Program-made: the position numbers and the translations under genes | The notes under the pieces: generated by a model | The model's database searches: none | What the model saw: the letters and a program-made list of their open reading frames with translations, nothing else | Told to the model about the DNA's origin: nothing | NCBI GenBank assembly: GCA_036338595.1 | Contig: JAYZBV010000037.1 | Coordinates: 71,550-135,549 of the forward strand | Source: Planctomycetota bacterium | Lineage (GTDB): Bacteria > Planctomycetota > UBA8108 > UBA1146 | DNA: 64,000 nucleotides | Direction of reading: 5' to 3' | Shown: positions 59,956 through 64,000 of the stretch, one piece after another | Numbering within the stretch: position 1 is the stretch's first letter | Layout: the number at the start of each line of letters is the position of its first letter

Positions 59956-61473
59956 CTAGTGCTGACGACGCTCTCTGGATGAGGGAATCCCCTCCGCTTC
60001 TCTGTACTTGGTCACGGTCCGGCGCGAGATCCTGACCCCTTTCTCGGCCAGTCTCTTGACGATCTGGGCATCGCTGAGAGGCTTGCGCGGATCCTCCGTC
60101 TCGACCATTTCCTGGATGCGAGCGATCACCCCGCCCCTCGACTCCTGGCTGCCGTCATCTCTGACGGTACCGCTGGTGAAGAGACTTCGAAGTTCGCGGA
60201 TCATGCCAGGAGCCTGAAACCACTTGCCCGAGATCGCACGGCTGACGGTCGAGACATTGACCCCCACCGCATCGGCGACATCCTGCATCCGGAGCGGCTG
60301 AAGGTGACGATCTCCCTCACGGAAAAATGACTCCTGTCGCCGCGTCACTTCCTCAGCAACCCTTTGCAAGGTGGAACTGCGCTGCACCACAGCACCCATC
60401 AACCACTCGGCATTCTCGATCCGTTTCTTCAGGTACTTTCTCAGTTCAGGATCATTCCGTGACGACTTCAGCAACTCCCGATAGTGGGGAGAGATCTTCA
60501 GGCGCGGTACCGATGCGGAGTTGACCTCGACCTTCAGCTTCCCCTTCTCGTCCTCGGTGATGATGACATCCGGTACCACACGAGCGTTCAGCTGTTGACG
60601 AAATGGCCTGCCAGGGATCGGTTCGAGTGAAGCGATTACCTCCACCGCCAGTTTCACCTGTTCGAGAGAACGGCCCGTCTGGCGAGCGATGTGGGGCAGG
60701 CGATTGCGGGCCAGGTCACCCAGGTGATCCCGGACGATCTGCTCCTCGAGTTGATTCTCGCCAGCATCTCGGTGCAGCTGGATACAGAGGCAATCGATGA
60801 GATCGTTGGCCCCCACTCCGACCGGATCGAGTTGCTGCACCTGATCCAGAGCCTGTTGCATCTCTTCAGATGTCGGCGCTTGCCCCTTCAATCTGGGGTC
60901 GCATCCCTGCAGCGAGATCCCACTGACGAGGGCCGAGTGAATTTCCTCGAGCGGATGGATCAACCAGCCTCGATCATCCAGGTTGTAGATGATCTCCTCG
61001 CACAGTGCTCTCAGCCGCTGGCCGACTCGACTTCTCAAGCTCAACTGCCCGATCAGATGTTCCGGCAACGATTCGTCACGACCTGCGGTGTTCTCGATCA
61101 CCTCGAAGTGGTCCTCATCATCGCCCCTTCCTGCCTTGCGCACAGGGGAAGACTCGGACCAAAAATCTGACTGTTGCAGATCGTTCAACTGCTCGTAGCG
61201 CTCGGTCAGGTCCGTCAATTCCTGCTGACTGGAAGCATCATCCTGGGCTGTGTCTGGAGTAGCCTGATCCGAATCGAAGTCATCCGCTGCCCGAGCTGCC
61301 GCTTCCTCGCGCTGCTCATCTCGCTCGAGGGTGACATTCTCCTCCAGCTCTCCGGAGATGCGCTCCTCGAGCTGCTGCTGGTTGAGCACCAGGATCTCCA
61401 TCGACTGGATCATCTGGGGCGACAGGATCTGCTTCTGGGTTTGGTGCTGGAACAGACCAGCATTGAGTCGCAT
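59956..61473 (-). CDS. rpoN: RNA polymerase sigma-54 factor
   Basis: Gln/Leu-rich region I, LDPVGVGA, STVSRA, PLSD, RpoN box SRRTVTKYRE. Confidence 0.96.
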   Translation of the reverse strand: MRLNAGLFQHQTQKQILSPQMIQSMEILVLNQQQLEERISGELEENVTLERDEQREEAAARAADDFDSDQATPDTAQDDASSQQELTDLTERYEQLNDLQQSDFWSESSPVRKAGRGDDEDHFEVIENTAGRDESLPEHLIGQLSLRSRVGQRLRALCEEIIYNLDDRGWLIHPLEEIHSALVSGISLQGCDPRLKGQAPTSEEMQQALDQVQQLDPVGVGANDLIDCLCIQLHRDAGENQLEEQIVRDHLGDLARNRLPHIARQTGRSLEQVKLAVEVIASLEPIPGRPFRQQLNARVVPDVIITEDEKGKLKVEVNSASVPRLKISPHYRELLKSSRNDPELRKYLKKRIENAEWLMGAVVQRSSTLQRVAEEVTRRQESFFREGDRHLQPLRMQDVADAVGVNVSTVSRAISGKWFQAPGMIRELRSLFTSGTVRDDGSQESRGGVIARIQEMVETEDPRKPLSDAQIVKRLAEKGVRISRRTVTKYREAEGIPSSRERRQH

Positions 61474-61632
61474 CGGAGTCATTCTCCCGGCCACGGGATG
61501 GCCAGATCCAGCCCGGGAATCTCAGAGGGAAGACCCTCTTCCATCGTCTCTTCCCGAAACAGGCCACCTTTTTGCTAGACTACACTCAACTGGCACAAGT
61601 CCTTGCCAATATGCGACCTATAGCAATTATCG

Positions 61633-61660
61633 ATGGTACGGCATTGTTCATGCTAGTCAA
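61633..61660 (-). promoter_or_regulatory. Candidate sigma70 promoter of rpoN
   Basis: TTGACT-N16-TACCAT in the AT-richer lnt-rpoN gap. Confidence 0.55.
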
Positions 61661-61674
61661 GCACGGAAGCCGCT

Positions 61675-63468
61675 TCAGGCGCTGCGGGCACGCTTTTTTC
61701 GGCGCTGCCAGAGTTGCCAGATGGCTGCCAGAAGCCAGATGGGCGCGGTCCAGTGCGCCGCCCTCGACAGCGCTGCCTGTCCTGTCGGTGGCCGGGGAGT
61801 GTCGATGATCAGCTGCAAGATGGCTCTCTCTCCGACAGCGGAGAGCCGTGTCTCGCCCGCGTCGCTGGACTCCATCCACGGTGTCCAGTTTCCGTCCAGC
61901 CATTTCCGGTGAGATCGAACGACACGCTGACCATCGAGCCCCGGATCGATGACAGCGCTGATACCCGCATTGGCACATCGCAACCACAGCAATCCGCTCT
62001 CGATCGCCCTGGACCGCTGCAACTGCAGGTGTTGTTCCGGTTCAAACCCATCCCCGTACCATAGATCCTCGGTCAGGTTGACATGCCATCTCGCACCGAG
62101 CTCCATCGACTCTGCGACCGCACTCGACAGGATCCCCTCGTAACAGATGCTGACTCCGAGAGGCTCGTGGAATCGACCGCTCTGAAATACCGTCTGAGAT
62201 TCTCCAGGTACCAGTTGTGGCACCGGAAGGTCGATGCCGAGAGCGCCGAGCACGCCACTGAGGGGCACTCGCTCGCCGAACGGCACCAGGACCTTTTTCA
62301 GCCCCAGTTGAATCGTGTCGAGGGTCGGTGGTTGCCCCGGCTCCCGGTCGAGAGGCTCTAGAAAGGCCACTGCATTCGAGAACCCCTTCTCTCCTGCCAG
62401 TGTGAATCCGACGATCAGTGGTGATCGGAGCCATGGCTCGAACCACTCTCGTAACCATGCGTCTTGCCACACACCTGGCAGGATTCCCTCTGGAAGGATG
62501 ATCAGAGGAACCGATGGTCCGTCCACCTCTCCCGCCTTCTCGATCAGCCGACGAAGTGACTCCATTTGCTGCGCAGAGGCGGCTTCCCCGTGGCGCCTCT
62601 CGAGTTCGATCGCCGGCTGGACGATCGAGACCAGCATCGGTTCCCTGGCTGTCTCCGCCACGAGATCTGCGGTGGGCACTGGAATCCAGGGCAGAGTCAT
62701 CAGCATCAGCAACGGAAGCCAGCGCAGGCCACTTCGCCAGCACCTGGGCAAGATGGTCGTGCCCGATGCAGCCACGAATCCGGCCAGCACCAGCAGTAAC
62801 GACACCCCCTCGACTCCACATCGTTCCAGCAGAATCCAGCCAGCGGAAGGGTCCGAGGTGGCGAAGGAACTTCCCATCGACCAGGGAAACAACCTCGGCC
62901 AGATCGATTCGAGCACACCGACCCCGAGCATCGCCCACAGCCAGCGCGCTGGACCCTTCTCGGGGCCGGCCCCGATGCTCGCCCCGAGACAACCCCATCC
63001 GATCGCCGCCAGTGGGCACCAGATGAGGAAGGCGCCGATTCCCGCCAGCACCGCGAGAGTCGAATCGGGTTCGCCGAGAAGGAAGATTCCGGTGTATCGA
63101 GACACCGCCGTACCGAGCCAGCAGAAGGAGATCCCTTCCGCCGCGAGCCCAAAAACCCAACCGATCCAGAAGCCTCGCCGACCGTCGAGGCGTGCCAGGG
63201 CGGTAGCGAGGCACCAGATCGACAGCGGCATCAGGAACGAGAGTCCCCAGGGATCGAAGGAGAGTGGCACGCAGGCGCCCCCCACCGCCGCCAGCAGGAT
63301 CCTACGAGATCCTCGGTCCACGGCCTCTCCTTGCCCCTGCAAGGCTGGGCCGTCACCAGAAATTCGGTTCTTTCCCGGGGGATGGTCCTGCACCCGTTGG
63401 GCTCCTCTCGGTCCTGACCATCCGATCCTGCCCCACCTGGATTGCCGCATCCAGTCGATGATCCTCAC
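61675..63468 (-). CDS. lnt: Apolipoprotein N-acyltransferase
   Basis: Multi-TM N-terminus; nitrilase triad LPEG / KKVLVPFGE / ICYE; ANAGIS; start uncertain. Confidence 0.9.
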   Translation of the reverse strand: MRIIDWMRQSRWGRIGWSGPRGAQRVQDHPPGKNRISGDGPALQGQGEAVDRGSRRILLAAVGGACVPLSFDPWGLSFLMPLSIWCLATALARLDGRRGFWIGWVFGLAAEGISFCWLGTAVSRYTGIFLLGEPDSTLAVLAGIGAFLIWCPLAAIGWGCLGASIGAGPEKGPARWLWAMLGVGVLESIWPRLFPWSMGSSFATSDPSAGWILLERCGVEGVSLLLVLAGFVAASGTTILPRCWRSGLRWLPLLMLMTLPWIPVPTADLVAETAREPMLVSIVQPAIELERRHGEAASAQQMESLRRLIEKAGEVDGPSVPLIILPEGILPGVWQDAWLREWFEPWLRSPLIVGFTLAGEKGFSNAVAFLEPLDREPGQPPTLDTIQLGLKKVLVPFGERVPLSGVLGALGIDLPVPQLVPGESQTVFQSGRFHEPLGVSICYEGILSSAVAESMELGARWHVNLTEDLWYGDGFEPEQHLQLQRSRAIESGLLWLRCANAGISAVIDPGLDGQRVVRSHRKWLDGNWTPWMESSDAGETRLSAVGERAILQLIIDTPRPPTGQAALSRAAHWTAPIWLLAAIWQLWQRRKKRARSA

Positions 63469-63652
63469 CTCAGCGACCTTTCCGCTTCTCTTGTCAGATC
63501 GATGCCAATCCCCTACACTTCACGGTCCCTGTGGGGCATCCCCGGAGAAGGTTCCGGATTGTGCTGCACAGGTGTGGCAGGCACCGGGTCTCCCGGGCCT
63601 GAAGAAGAGATGGCCAGGAAGGTGCCAGAGGGCATCGAGAAAGTGAGCCGAT

Positions 63653-63880
63653 TTGATTCGCGTCACGCTCAGGAGCGGGGAAACCCCCGAAAAACTGCTG
63701 CAACGATTCAAGCGCACCGTTGCCAAGGAGGGTCTCCTCAAGGAGATCAAGAAGCGTAGTTTCTACGAAAAGCCCTCCGAGGCGAAGCGCCGCAAGCAGC
63801 GTGAGTTCGAGAAGTTGATGCGGAAAAAGGATCGGAAGCAGGACATGAAGGACTCGCGACGTAAATTACGCCGTCGCTAA
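63653..63880 (+). CDS. rpsU: 30S ribosomal protein S21
   Basis: LQRFKR...KEGLLKEIKKRSFYEKPS. Confidence 0.93.
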   Translation: MIRVTLRSGETPEKLLQRFKRTVAKEGLLKEIKKRSFYEKPSEAKRRKQREFEKLMRKKDRKQDMKDSRRKLRRR

Positions 63881-64000
63881 TCGCTGCGCCAGGTCGGAAG
63901 ATCGGGCCGGTCGTGCATCGGCCGACCCGCCCGGTTTGGTGGGGAGGATGATAAGTTGGCCCGCCCTGGAGTCTGGGGGGGTGGTGCTGGCGGTGGTGTG

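Noticed and set aside
61591..61608. TGGCAC...TTGC as a functional sigma54 promoter
   Set aside because: GG-to-GC spacing is 11, not the required 10; kept only as a palindrome
61700..61742. Repeated gccag units near the end of lnt
   Set aside because: Explained by Leu/Ile-Trp and Leu-Ala codons in the final TM helix
63881..64000. G-rich tail after rpsU as a possible RNA gene or G-quadruplex
   Set aside because: No tRNA or known RNA structure recognisable, and the region is truncated by the window edge

Overview
A GC-rich, gene-dense bacterial chromosomal segment made up mostly of housekeeping genes. It is most likely from a Planctomycetota genome. That is an inference from the FtsA/FtsZ-less dcw cluster, the groEL-groEL-dnaJ-grpE-yacG order, the FHA-Ser/Thr kinase, and the prepilin and D-x-V-x-LKNG-type secreted proteins. 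Contents in order: peptidase-MA-like and TonB-like genes plus tilS; a three-gene operon ending in a PQQ-type beta-propeller lipoprotein; an orphan prepilin gene with a strong terminator; a chaperone operon with two divergent GroELs and no groES; a stand-alone MshEN-like gene coupled to a bitopic protein carrying about 20 QQAAA/KQAAA repeats; a dcw cluster (mraZ, small STAS-like ORF, rsmH, ftsL-like, ftsI, murE, murF, ftsW, murG, LysM, murC, murB, ftsQ-like; no mraY, murD, ddl, ftsA or ftsZ); dnaE-yggS-FHA kinase-DUF167-PNP-clpP-purN; tyrS, rpsA, plsC, cmk; larE, glnA, a degenerate PII, gpsA, plsY; a ThiF-family gene; a Gld-like ABC operon; rpoN, lnt and rpsU. I saw no rRNA, tRNA, CRISPR or mobile element. 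The best candidate for an undescribed system is a pair of genes flanking the division cluster that appear, by eye, to share a periplasmic helical module. One is a kinase-less membrane protein, with its MshEN partner, in the slot normally held by ftsA-ftsZ. The other is an FHA-Ser/Thr kinase in the slot after yggS normally held by sepF/yggT/divIVA. Other highlights: a GroEL with Asn at catalytic Asp398, a sigma54-type promoter with twin upstream repeats, and a PII protein lacking its T-loop and B-loop motifs. All alignments were done by eye. Start codons were adjusted using RBS and overlap evidence and are provisional.
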